Program-made: the position numbers and the translations under genes
Assembly: GCA_014360065.1 (NCBI GenBank)
Contig: JACIYF010000001.1
Coordinates: 9,176 to 73,175, forward strand
Direction: 5' to 3'
DNA length: 64,000 bases
Source of the DNA: Clostridia bacterium
Lineage (GTDB): Bacteria; Bacillota; DSM-521; Neomoorellales; JACIYF01
Shown here: positions 51,439 through 59,739 of the stretch, piece after piece
How the letters are laid out: every line of letters starts with the position of its first letter
Numbering within the stretch: position 1 is the first letter of the stretch
Notes under the pieces: model-generated
Databases searched by the model: none
What the model was told of the DNA's origin: nothing
Seen by the model: only the letters and a program-made list of their open reading frames with translations

Positions 51439-52146
51439 TTATTTTTTACCCTCCTTCATCTCACTAGGCATTATCGCCTCAAAATCGATAACCCACACCC
51501 AAGGATTCACATTCCAGCCATACCCTCTCTTAGCATTGATGCGGTCCCAAATATAAGCAAAACCGCCAATATGGTCTGCCTTCCCAGGCCTTTCTCTCCC
51601 TTGCGATTTTGCTGCCATCACCGTATATCTACACCATTCACCAGAGTGATCCAGTAAAAATCCATTGAGAGATAACATCCCTTCCGCTATTGCATCCTCT
51701 TCCGTGACGTCCTGCAATCGCTCCACCCTGATATTTTTCACGCGAAGGAACAGCCGGGCCGCTTTCCTGGGCATGTGGATAGCTGGCACTTTTACTGCTG
51801 CTCCCCGCTTATATAAGGCCCCGGCTTCCTCGTTATCTAGGTAGGCACGCGCATTATAGGGATTATCATCAATCATCATCCAGCCAGGCGGAGGGCTATT
51901 ACACCCCGTCCAGCGATAGTGGGTTTCTCGCACCCACAGGATGACGCCAGGTTGAAAAGGGCACATCTTCAAGAATTCTTCGTAACTCACTACTGATATC
52001 GAGCCCGTTTCGCTATATAATTCAAAACTTCCATCGTCATTTCTGAATGGTTGCGACTTTATAACCCTTCGCGTTTGAGTTTTTCTGCCATCCAATACTG
52101 CCCTGACCATTTCGGTAGAGAAAATTACCGGTTTTTCACTCCCCAT
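51439..52146 (-). CDS. ASCH-like domain protein
   Basis: Start MGSEKP. IFSTEMVRAVLDGRKTQTRRV...LWVRETH pattern. Confidence 0.5.
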   Translation of the reverse strand: MGSEKPVIFSTEMVRAVLDGRKTQTRRVIKSQPFRNDDGSFELYSETGSISVVSYEEFLKMCPFQPGVILWVRETHYRWTGCNSPPPGWMMIDDNPYNARAYLDNEEAGALYKRGAAVKVPAIHMPRKAARLFLRVKNIRVERLQDVTEEDAIAEGMLSLNGFLLDHSGEWCRYTVMAAKSQGRERPGKADHIGGFAYIWDRINAKRGYGWNVNPWVWVIDFEAIMPSEMKEGKK

Positions 52147-52150
52147 GCCT

Positions 52151-52663
52151 CTACCTATTCCGGCCTTTCTCCGCCGCCTCTGCTTCCATTCGAACACGCC
52201 ACTTCTCCGCCTCCTCTGCCAGGAACTTCAGAGCTCCATCCAGGTTCCAAAACCGAGCATCCGCATGATACTTAAGCCACACGCTCCGCTTATGCGCCTT
52301 ACCCCAAAGCAGGACCGGGATCCCGTGCTCAAAAGCGATCCTTATCTCCATAGCCGTCCCGATATACGGTGCGGTATGCTGATCGGCCTCGGCCAGCACT
52401 ACCGTTGCCTCCATGACATCCGCAACTTGTTTCTCCACTATGCCGATCACATCGGAGCAATCGCTCAGATCCAAGCCTGCCAGCGGATTCAGTACCATAT
52501 ATCCCGCCTCTTCGAGCACCTCTTTAGCATACATCCTCCACGACCATGCAAAATCCCAACTCACGCCATCCACCGGTCCCGCAAGGTACACCGCCGGGCG
52601 CACCTTTTTCGGCCACAATCTCCCTATTTTCTCCCTCACCACGGCCAGGTCACCTGTCTGCAT
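52151..52663 (-). CDS. nucleoside 2-deoxyribosyltransferase-like superfamily protein
   Basis: 170 aa. VYLAGPVDG...VVLAEAD....YIGTAMEIRIAFEHGIPVLLW pattern. Confidence 0.6.
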   Translation of the reverse strand: MQTGDLAVVREKIGRLWPKKVRPAVYLAGPVDGVSWDFAWSWRMYAKEVLEEAGYMVLNPLAGLDLSDCSDVIGIVEKQVADVMEATVVLAEADQHTAPYIGTAMEIRIAFEHGIPVLLWGKAHKRSVWLKYHADARFWNLDGALKFLAEEAEKWRVRMEAEAAEKGRNR

Positions 52664-52890
52664 ACCCTTCCCCCCTCACTCACGATCCGCGCCTCGATCC
52701 TCTTCGGCTCCTCATCCCGAGGCTCGATATAAAAGGTCTCATGCCGAGATCCCCGCCCGACCACCCTGCAGTCATACAGGTCATAAAACCACCACGTGAG
52801 CCACAGCTCCGCATGATCCTTATACTTGAACTCGGCCACCCTCTCCCATTCGTCATCGCTGCCCGCCGGGCGCTTTTCAACGAACCACAT
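52636..52890 (-). CDS. hypothetical protein
   Basis: 84-aa ORF, Trp-rich (ELWLTWWFYDLY). Confidence 0.4.
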   Translation of the reverse strand: MWFVEKRPAGSDDEWERVAEFKYKDHAELWLTWWFYDLYDCRVVGRGSRHETFYIEPRDEEPKRIEARIVSEGGRVCRQVTWPW

Positions 52891-53098
52891 CCGTATTTAT
52901 CCGCCTCCTCTCGAGCGCCCCGATCCGCCGCGCCGACTCCGCCATGTTCCTCGCCCGGAGCTCGAGAATGAAATTCCAGCACCCCGCGCATACCCTCCGC
53001 CCCGGCATGGCGACTGCCTTCCGGCACGCCGCGCATATCCTCCTGCCATTCTCAGACCGCTTCTCGATCTTCATGCCCCACCGCCTCCTCTTCCTCAT
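52877..53098 (-). CDS. small zinc-ribbon protein (homolog of 1172..1354)
   Basis: CAACRK...PGRRVCAGCW plus ELRARNMAESARRI. The start may be ATG 53074. Confidence 0.5.
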   Translation of the reverse strand: MRKRRRWGMKIEKRSENGRRICAACRKAVAMPGRRVCAGCWNFILELRARNMAESARRIGALERRRINTDVVR

Positions 53099-54236
53099 TC
53101 CACCTGGTCATGACCACATAGACCGCCGCCACAGAGCCCATCCTCTCCCTCACCACCAGCGGCCTCTTCCTGCCCGAAAACTCGAGCCGCACCTTTCCCA
53201 TATCCTTCACCATCTCAAGGAGATCGATGAGGTAGCGGGCGTTCAGGTCCGCCCTTCCCCTGCCACGCAGCTCCGCCCCGACTTTCTCCTCCATATCTCC
53301 CACCCAGCCACAGGCAGATACGACCAGCCCTCCATCTTCCCCGGATAATCTCATCGTGGGCACCCTGCCCCGCTCTTCCTGTCCCAGCACCAGAGCCCTT
53401 CTTGCCGCCGCCTCAAGCAGCTCCGGAGCACACTCCGCCGCCCATTCCACGCCGCTCGGGACAACCCGCGCATAATCGGGGTAAGCATACTCCATGCCCC
53501 GCCACCAGATGCTCATACCCGCATCATCAGCCGCAAAGAGCCAGCTCTCTCCCCACGCGAGCGCCACCCGCTCCCCTCCAAACATCCGCGCCAGCGCCAA
53601 TTTCCTGCCGGGCACAAGGACCCGCGCCCCTCCTGCTCCGCCCGGTCCCGCCGCAAGCTCCGCGCTCGCCCACGCCAGCCTATATCGATCCGAAGAAACC
53701 ACATTCAGCACTCCGGCCCGATCCGCTTCCACCAATACCCCGCCGATCGCCCAATACTGCCCTTTGTCATACCACCTTCCGCCTGCCACGATCGCCCGCT
53801 GAAAAGCCTGGGTCTCGATCTCCGCCGAAGCCACCTCCCCCGAAAGCCTGTCCTTCCAATCCGGCGCCTCCCGCCCCTCGAGAACCCGGATTCTCCACTC
53901 TTTTTTTGCTCCCGCACGCAAAACCAGATCCTCTCCCTTGAGCTCGACCTCCGCCGTTTCTTCCGGGATCCGGGCAGCTATGCCCGCCAGATCCCCGCCA
54001 TCGACCACCGCCTGCCCCTCTTCTTCCACTTCCGCCGGGGCCGACACCATCACCGCCGCATCCAGATCCCACCCGCTCACGCTGATCCGGTCCGCGCCCG
54101 CCGCGAAGAGCACAGGCCGCACGTGATATTCAACCTTCCGCCACCCTTCCTGAAAAACCTCAAGTTGCTTCCCCGCTCCGGCAAGCGCCTTCCGCGCTGC
54201 CTTTTCGATCTCATCTCTCCTCACCCGCGCGCGCAT
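53052..54236 (-). CDS. dnaN: DNA polymerase III beta sliding clamp-like protein (second, divergent phage DnaN)
   Basis: Start MRARVRR (TGATG coupling). 394 aa. C-terminal LNARYLIDLLEMV...VRLEFSGRKRPLVV clamp block. Confidence 0.7.
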   Translation of the reverse strand: MRARVRRDEIEKAARKALAGAGKQLEVFQEGWRKVEYHVRPVLFAAGADRISVSGWDLDAAVMVSAPAEVEEEGQAVVDGGDLAGIAARIPEETAEVELKGEDLVLRAGAKKEWRIRVLEGREAPDWKDRLSGEVASAEIETQAFQRAIVAGGRWYDKGQYWAIGGVLVEADRAGVLNVVSSDRYRLAWASAELAAGPGGAGGARVLVPGRKLALARMFGGERVALAWGESWLFAADDAGMSIWWRGMEYAYPDYARVVPSGVEWAAECAPELLEAAARRALVLGQEERGRVPTMRLSGEDGGLVVSACGWVGDMEEKVGAELRGRGRADLNARYLIDLLEMVKDMGKVRLEFSGRKRPLVVRERMGSVAAVYVVMTRWNEEEEAVGHEDREAV

Positions 54237-54445
54237 CAGATCTCCACCTCCCGCCTGATGCCGGCCAGGATCCGCTCCCCGATTTCCCGCATGATGCCCG
54301 GCCTGAAATACGTCACCCCGAAGCACAGCGGGCCGAGCCACACATCAGCCACCCAAAACCATCCATCCGCCTCGACTCCTATCCCGATCCGCCACCGCCG
54401 CCAATTGACCTCTGCGCCAAAGAGCCACGGACCCATCCTCAGCAT
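54236..54445 (-). CDS. hypothetical small Trp-rich protein
   Basis: 69 aa starting at MLRMGPWLFG. The upstream part of the track ORF overlaps the 3D-domain gene and looks non-coding. Confidence 0.35.
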   Translation of the reverse strand: MLRMGPWLFGAEVNWRRWRIGIGVEADGWFWVADVWLGPLCFGVTYFRPGIMREIGERILAGIRREVEI

Positions 54446-54474
54446 CGAGCTACCCCCTTTTGCGTCTGCGCCAG

Positions 54475-54978
54475 CTATGGCTGACCGCCTCCTGTTTCTC
54501 CTTTCCCCCCGTGCCAGACCACCACCCTCACCCTCTTCCTTCCCCATTCTCTCGCCTCCGCCCGGCTGGGGAGAAACATATCGATCCTCCTGCCCTTGAT
54601 CAAATACCCGGTATCCTCCGCCCTCCCCGGGCCGTACCCTTCCACCCATAACCTCGATCCCAGCGGAATTACCCGGGGATCCACCGCCACGGTCCCGCAC
54701 CTCGGCCATGTGCCGGTCGCCGTCCAGTTCCCCGTGTAGCTGTACGCGGTAGCTATCGCCTCCATCTCCCAGCGCTCGCCCGCACCTGGGGCAGGCTCGC
54801 GCCCTTCTTTCCCCTGCTCAGCTTCCCCGCCCCTGCTTGCCTGTCCGACTTCTGCCCTGCCCTCTGGAACCATCTTTCCGCGCTCATGCAGGTTCAGCGG
54901 GCGCGGGTTCGCCAGCGCTATCCACGCCATCACCGCCGCCGCCAGAAGTACCGCCAGAACCGCCCGCCAGACCCGCAT
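54475..54978 (-). CDS. 3D-domain protein with N-terminal membrane/signal segment
   Basis: Start MRVWRAVLAVLLAAAVMAWIALA. The C-terminal 3D block is nearly colinear with 3456..3824. Confidence 0.7.
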   Translation of the reverse strand: MRVWRAVLAVLLAAAVMAWIALANPRPLNLHERGKMVPEGRAEVGQASRGGEAEQGKEGREPAPGAGERWEMEAIATAYSYTGNWTATGTWPRCGTVAVDPRVIPLGSRLWVEGYGPGRAEDTGYLIKGRRIDMFLPSRAEAREWGRKRVRVVVWHGGKGETGGGQP

Positions 54979-55483
54979 CTCCGCCACCTCCCGAAAAGAG
55001 ACTGCCGCTCGCATATTCCAGTACCCGCTCCTTATCCTCCGGGCGGACCTCGCCCTCCTCCCTCTGAGGCTGCTCTTCCAGCATCCACCCGGGGATCGCC
55101 GGTATCGCCTGCTCGGGCCGCTCCATCCCCATCCTGCAATTGCACCGGTACGCAAACTCGTACACCCGCTTCCCCACCTGCTTCTTCGCGATTATGATCC
55201 CATCGCGGCAATGCGGGCACTTTACCCTGATCCGCGCCGCCGGGAGCTGGTGCCGCGACTGCCTGATCTCCTCCACCGCCCGGAGAATTTCCGCCACGGT
55301 CGGGAAGTGCACTGCCACCTCCAGCACCCTCTTCAGCGCCGCCTCCGCCAGCCGGAGATCCACACCCTTTTCGTTGAGCACCGAAAGCCATACCTCTGCG
55401 GTCGGGCTCAGATCCTTTTCCTGCATGCCCGGAAAATTGGCCGCCGCCCACGCCACCAGCCTTGCCGCCTCTCTCCTGGTCAT
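54884..55483 (-). CDS. G39P-like replicative helicase loader with C-terminal zinc finger
   Basis: MTRREAARLVAWAAANFPGM...VWLSVL......AEAALKRVLEVAVHFPTVAEIL, then CPHCRDG...CNC. Confidence 0.55.
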   Translation of the reverse strand: MTRREAARLVAWAAANFPGMQEKDLSPTAEVWLSVLNEKGVDLRLAEAALKRVLEVAVHFPTVAEILRAVEEIRQSRHQLPAARIRVKCPHCRDGIIIAKKQVGKRVYEFAYRCNCRMGMERPEQAIPAIPGWMLEEQPQREEGEVRPEDKERVLEYASGSLFSGGGGDAGLAGGSGGTSGGGGDGVDSAGEPAPAEPA

Positions 55484-56384
55484 CTCTTTCGCCCCTTTCC
55501 GCCCACTCTGCAAGCGACGCATAAGCCCTCGGGACCCTTCCGGCAGGTCTGCGCCTCCGCTCCTCTTCTTCCTCGAGCCGCCTTATCACCCAGCTCAAAA
55601 TAGCCCGGTAATCCGACTTGTACCGCTTTCCGTGGGCACCCTTGTACGCGTCCAGGATCTCGATGCACCGCCTTACACGGTTCTCGTTTCCAAGCCGCGC
55701 CAGAAGCGACTCATACTCCGCCGGGGTCATAGACACATACTCCGCATACCTGACCGGCTCATTCTCGCTGGGGGGGGACAAAGGGGGGGGTGCATCTGCA
55801 TTTGCATTTGCATCTACATCTGCATCTGCTTGTTTGCCATTGCCTTCCCCAAAGCCTTCCCCAAAGCCTTTGCCATTGCCTTCCCCAAAGCCTTTGCCAA
55901 AGCCTTTGCCAAAGCCTTCGGGATCGCCTTCCCCGGAAGAACCTAACGCCCAACTTTCCAGCGCCTGGGCCAACTGCTCCAGATACGGCTTTCCCAGCTC
56001 CCTCACCATCTCCGCCAGGACCTTGAACAGCCCGCTCCGGGGGAGCTCAGCCAGCACCTTGATTGCGCCCTCAGCCCGATTGCCGTTATCGATGGGATTA
56101 TGCCGGAGGTAATTCACGATGAGCACCAGATCGGTCTTGGGATCGACCTTGACGAAATCATCCTCGACCAGCCTCGCAAACGCCTTGGCAAAGCGCTTCC
56201 TCTCCCATCCCAGATCAGCGCATGCATAGAGCTCCGGCAGGACGTAACACCCAAGCACGTTATTATGAGGAGAAGTCAGCAGGTAGAGCGCGAGCAGCTT
56301 GGCATCATCGCTCCACCCCCTTACCTTCTCATCCATCCAGAACCTGGACTTGATGTGTACGTACCTGCCCTCCCCGGTCATCAC
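55032..56384 (-). CDS. phage replisome organizer (C-terminal ~160 codons run in an alternate frame over the loader gene)
   Basis: N-terminal YVHIKSRFWMDEKV..LLALYLLTSPH organizer-like domain, a GFGK/GNGK and DADVDANANA repeat linker, and a YRAILSWVIRRL DnaD-like block. After that the translation becomes Gly/Ala/Arg-rich. Confidence 0.55.
   Translation of the reverse strand: MMTGEGRYVHIKSRFWMDEKVRGWSDDAKLLALYLLTSPHNNVLGCYVLPELYACADLGWERKRFAKAFARLVEDDFVKVDPKTDLVLIVNYLRHNPIDNGNRAEGAIKVLAELPRSGLFKVLAEMVRELGKPYLEQLAQALESWALGSSGEGDPEGFGKGFGKGFGEGNGKGFGEGFGEGNGKQADADVDANANADAPPPLSPPSENEPVRYAEYVSMTPAEYESLLARLGNENRVRRCIEILDAYKGAHGKRYKSDYRAILSWVIRRLEEEEERRRRPAGRVPRAYASLAEWAERGERDDQERGGKAGGVGGGQFSGHAGKGSEPDRRGMAFGAQRKGCGSPAGGGGAEEGAGGGSALPDRGGNSPGGGGDQAVAAPAPGGADQGKVPALPRWDHNREEAGGEAGVRVCVPVQLQDGDGAARAGDTGDPRVDAGRAASEGGGRGPPGG
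55791..55922. repeat. tandem repeats inside the replisome-organizer gene: (TGCATY)x~6, then 12-nt unit CCAAAGCCTTYS x~7
   Basis: Read directly. Preceded by G7 and G8 homopolymers at 55771..55790. Confidence 0.9.
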
Positions 56385-56695
56385 CGCTCCGCCACCCCTC
56401 CGCGCTCCACATGCACCTCGAAGAGGTGGAAGCAGTTTTTATCGACATTGACGTACTCTCTCTTCGGCGGCAAAAACATCGCCATCGTGACCTCATCGGG
56501 GATGAACCTGTACCGCGCATCCCGGATTTCGCTCCACGTGGGATACCTGGTGGGGTGGCTGATGCTGAGGTGCCACCCCGCCCCCTCCGACCGCCCCACG
56601 ATAACCGTGCACTCCCCGAACAGATACGCCTCCGCGCCCGGCTCGAGCATTTTCTGCACATCCGGGGGAATCCTGAGCCTCCTCCATCCCCTCAT
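56381..56695 (-). CDS. conserved phage protein of unknown function (paralog of 6793..7107)
   Basis: Starting at ATG 56695 (ATGA overlap) gives 104 aa, the same length as the prophage A copy. Confidence 0.6.
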   Translation of the reverse strand: MRGWRRLRIPPDVQKMLEPGAEAYLFGECTVIVGRSEGAGWHLSISHPTRYPTWSEIRDARYRFIPDEVTMAMFLPPKREYVNVDKNCFHLFEVHVERGGVAER

Positions 56696-58635
56696 GCCGC
56701 CGCCCTCCTCGCGCGTCTGATGCTGCCATCCTCGACCACCCACACCGCGAGGCCGGGGATTCCGGGATCCGCAGGATCTACCTCTCCCCTCGCCGCCAGC
56801 ACGATGATCGTCTCGTGATTGAGCCCCATGAGCATATTGGTCAGCGCCATCCGGTTCGCCGGATCAAGTTGTTCGGCATCATCGATCACCATTACCCCGA
56901 GCCCTGCGAGCGATGCCAGCGCATCCTGCATCGCCACCCCCACCCGCATACGCTCCGAGCGCGAGAGCAGATCGATCTTGACCTCCTGCCCATCCTCGAT
57001 CACCTTGATGCCATCCGCGCCGATCCTGATCACGAACCTGCCCTGCACGAGCTGCCTGAGCCGCGCATTGATCCGCTCCTCGATCGGGCCCAGCTTTTCC
57101 GCCAGCATCGCCTCCCTTATTCCGTCCGGTCCAAACGCCTTTACCAGCGCCTCGTACAAGCCCGCCTCCCGCTCGAGCTCCACCGACTGCTTCTTTAAGC
57201 CCTCGAGCCGCGCCTGCCACGCATCCCATTCCCTCCACGCCGCAAGCGCCTCCCGCGCCTCCGCGAGCTGCCTATCCACCTCTATCTGTTCCTGAGCCGC
57301 CTGCTCCCGCTCCTCCGAGCTGAACGCCCTGAGCCTCACCTCTTCAGCCGCAAGCTCCTTTTTCTTAGCTTCAAGAAGTGCCTCAGCCGACCTCGCCGAC
57401 TCTGCCTGTCTCCGCGCTTCCTCTAAGCGCTCCTTTACTGCCTCCCACTGCCTCGAGAGCTCGCTAGCTCCCGCTACCCTTGCCGCCAATAACTTTACTG
57501 CCTTCTCATATTCCGCCCGCTTTGCCCGCGCCTCCATCCGGGCCGAATCGAGCATTACTTGCCATTCCGCCTTTTCCGCCGGGCACGCAAGGTTAGAGAT
57601 GGGGCACCACCCATCAAACGCCTCCAGCCTATTCACCAGCCCCGCCGCCGCATCCATCTCTGCCTTGAGCCTTGCCTCTTCCTTTTCCGCCTCGCGCTGG
57701 GCCGCCAGCGCATCCCTGGCCCGCATCGAGAGCTCTGCCTCTTCAGCCTCGAGCCCTGCCACATCGCCGATCTCATCCTGCGCCCGGCTCTCCAGCGCCG
57801 CGATTTCCCTCTTGAGCACCTCCACCCTCTCCTTCGCTTGGTGATATCGTCCGAAGCTCTCATATCGCTTCGAAATCAGTTCTTCCCGCCGCCGCTCGAG
57901 CTCCCCGGCCTCAGCCTCGAGCTCCGCCCTCGCCTTTCTCGGCGGTACCGGCATCTCCCGCTTCGCCACCTCGAGCGCATCCTTCACTTCCTTCGCCTGC
58001 CGCTTTGCCAGCTTTCTGCGCTCGCGCAAGATTTTCTCTACCTCATCGAAAAGCTCGGGGCCTCCGCTTCCCGCCGCCTCGAGCGCCACCGACACTGCCT
58101 CTGCCGCCCGCTCTTTCTCCCCCTCGCCTGCGCCGCGTTCCGAAAGCCATTCCACCATCCGCTCCACGACCGCCTTTTGATCAAAGCTCACCCCCGCCAG
58201 CGCAAACAGCATCTTCTGCTGCTCGACTGCAGGAAGATCAAGAAAAGCAGAAGTATTGAGGCAGGCCGAGATCGCATCCTCTTCCGCCCCAACCTTCTGC
58301 ATCAGCGCCGACTGCTGGGAGCTCGCATTCCCGCTCCAGCCCTCCACCGCCAGCCCGCCGGGTATCTTCCGGGCCACCCTGAGCGCCTTCCCTCCGCCGA
58401 GCCCGATCTTCACACCCACTTCCGCCTCTTCCGCTCCGCGCCTGATCAGGCCCGCCGCTCCAGCTCCCCGCCTATCCGTCCACCTGCACCGCCCGGTCAG
58501 CGCATACTCGATCGCGCCCACGATCGAGGTCTTGCCCGCGCCATTTGCACCCACCACGATATTCACCCGCTCGAGCTCCATCCTGCTCGCCGCATGATTG
58601 CGGAAATCCCGCATCCACACTTCCGCTATCTTCAT
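56692..58635 (-). CDS. SMC/SbcC-like AAA ATPase
   Basis: 647 aa. Walker A GANGAGKTS, a long coiled-coil and a C-terminal GVMVIDDAE. Confidence 0.8.
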   Translation of the reverse strand: MKIAEVWMRDFRNHAASRMELERVNIVVGANGAGKTSIVGAIEYALTGRCRWTDRRGAGAAGLIRRGAEEAEVGVKIGLGGGKALRVARKIPGGLAVEGWSGNASSQQSALMQKVGAEEDAISACLNTSAFLDLPAVEQQKMLFALAGVSFDQKAVVERMVEWLSERGAGEGEKERAAEAVSVALEAAGSGGPELFDEVEKILRERRKLAKRQAKEVKDALEVAKREMPVPPRKARAELEAEAGELERRREELISKRYESFGRYHQAKERVEVLKREIAALESRAQDEIGDVAGLEAEEAELSMRARDALAAQREAEKEEARLKAEMDAAAGLVNRLEAFDGWCPISNLACPAEKAEWQVMLDSARMEARAKRAEYEKAVKLLAARVAGASELSRQWEAVKERLEEARRQAESARSAEALLEAKKKELAAEEVRLRAFSSEEREQAAQEQIEVDRQLAEAREALAAWREWDAWQARLEGLKKQSVELEREAGLYEALVKAFGPDGIREAMLAEKLGPIEERINARLRQLVQGRFVIRIGADGIKVIEDGQEVKIDLLSRSERMRVGVAMQDALASLAGLGVMVIDDAEQLDPANRMALTNMLMGLNHETIIVLAARGEVDPADPGIPGLAVWVVEDGSIRRARRAAA

Positions 58636-59726
58636 ACCTCCGCGCCCTCCTTCTTCGCCCTGAAACTCGTATAGCTCCGATCCACCAGCGCCGCCGCCAG
58701 CGCCGCCGCCTTCTCCTCCTCCGCCAGCAGCTTCTTCAGCTTCCGCCCATCCACGCTGAGATACTGCCAGGGATCCTCCCCCATTGCTTCCACGAGCTCA
58801 GCGAAATGCTTCGCATCCTCTACCGCCTTCGACGGCGTAGCCCAATGCCCCCACACCAGCCCGCCCGACTCCACCGGGCCGTTGGCCGCGCACCATGCAG
58901 AGAGAGCCTTCTTGCGGTCCTCCACCTGCCGCTCCAAAAGCGCCAGCTCTCCCGCGATCCGCTTTGCATCTTCCGCGCTCGCGCAAACCACCTGCCCGCT
59001 GCCGATATTCCTGACTGCCGGGCATACCCCCGCATACCCGCACCACGAGCACGCCGCGCCCGGCCTGGGAGCGAATTCTTTCTCCGCCTCGATCTGGGCG
59101 ATCATCCCCAGCACCCGGCTTTCAGCCTGCTCCACATCCCGCTCATCGATGCAGGCATGCCGGACCACCCCGTGCCTCACGAACTCCAATCTCGCCTCGA
59201 ATTCCTCCACCTGGGGGTACTCGCGCTTGACCGCCCAGGCATAGATCGCGAGCTGGGGATCCCTTTCCACCTCTGCTTCGGTCCTTACCCGCCAGTCGGT
59301 CTTATAATCCACGATGGTCGCCTTATCCCCATCGATTTCCAAAAGGTCCAGCACCCCCCAGTACATCACCCCGGGCGAGACCTCGAACTTGATCTGCTCC
59401 TCGATGCCCACGGTAACATCCGGGTGAAACACATGCGCCCCGCCAAATCCTTCTATAATGCGCATGACCTCTGCGAACCCCGCGCTTCCCAGGGCGCTCG
59501 GTTCCTGGTAGAACACCCGCGCCGCGATCTCCGGCAAAGCGGTGATATCGGTCTCCAGCCCCCGCGCCAGCAGGTGCCGGTCATACTCGGCAATGATCTT
59601 GTGGACCACCCGCCCGATGAGGACCGCCTCCGAAGCCGCCGCCGGGACCCTATCCCGGTACTGCAGCTTATACGCCCTGGGGCACGCCTCGAACAGACTG
59701 AACCTGGTATGGCTGTAATGCCTCAC
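58632..59726 (-). CDS. Cas4/RecB-like PD-(D/E)XK exonuclease with C-terminal Cys cluster
   Basis: N-terminal YSHTRFSLFEACPRAYKLQY. The core contains IDGDKATIVDYKT. C-terminal CSWCGYAGVCP. Confidence 0.7.
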   Translation of the reverse strand: MRHYSHTRFSLFEACPRAYKLQYRDRVPAAASEAVLIGRVVHKIIAEYDRHLLARGLETDITALPEIAARVFYQEPSALGSAGFAEVMRIIEGFGGAHVFHPDVTVGIEEQIKFEVSPGVMYWGVLDLLEIDGDKATIVDYKTDWRVRTEAEVERDPQLAIYAWAVKREYPQVEEFEARLEFVRHGVVRHACIDERDVEQAESRVLGMIAQIEAEKEFAPRPGAACSWCGYAGVCPAVRNIGSGQVVCASAEDAKRIAGELALLERQVEDRKKALSAWCAANGPVESGGLVWGHWATPSKAVEDAKHFAELVEAMGEDPWQYLSVDGRKLKKLLAEEEKAAALAAALVDRSYTSFRAKKEGAEV

Positions 59727-59739
59727 TTCCTCATCTCCT

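Noticed and set aside
53402-54126. Plus-strand and alternate minus-frame ORFs within the second dnaN (e.g. 53402..53941 and 53767..54072)
   Set aside because: The translations are Pro/Ala- or Gly/Arg-rich and overlap the clamp gene. They are typical GC-rich shadow ORFs.
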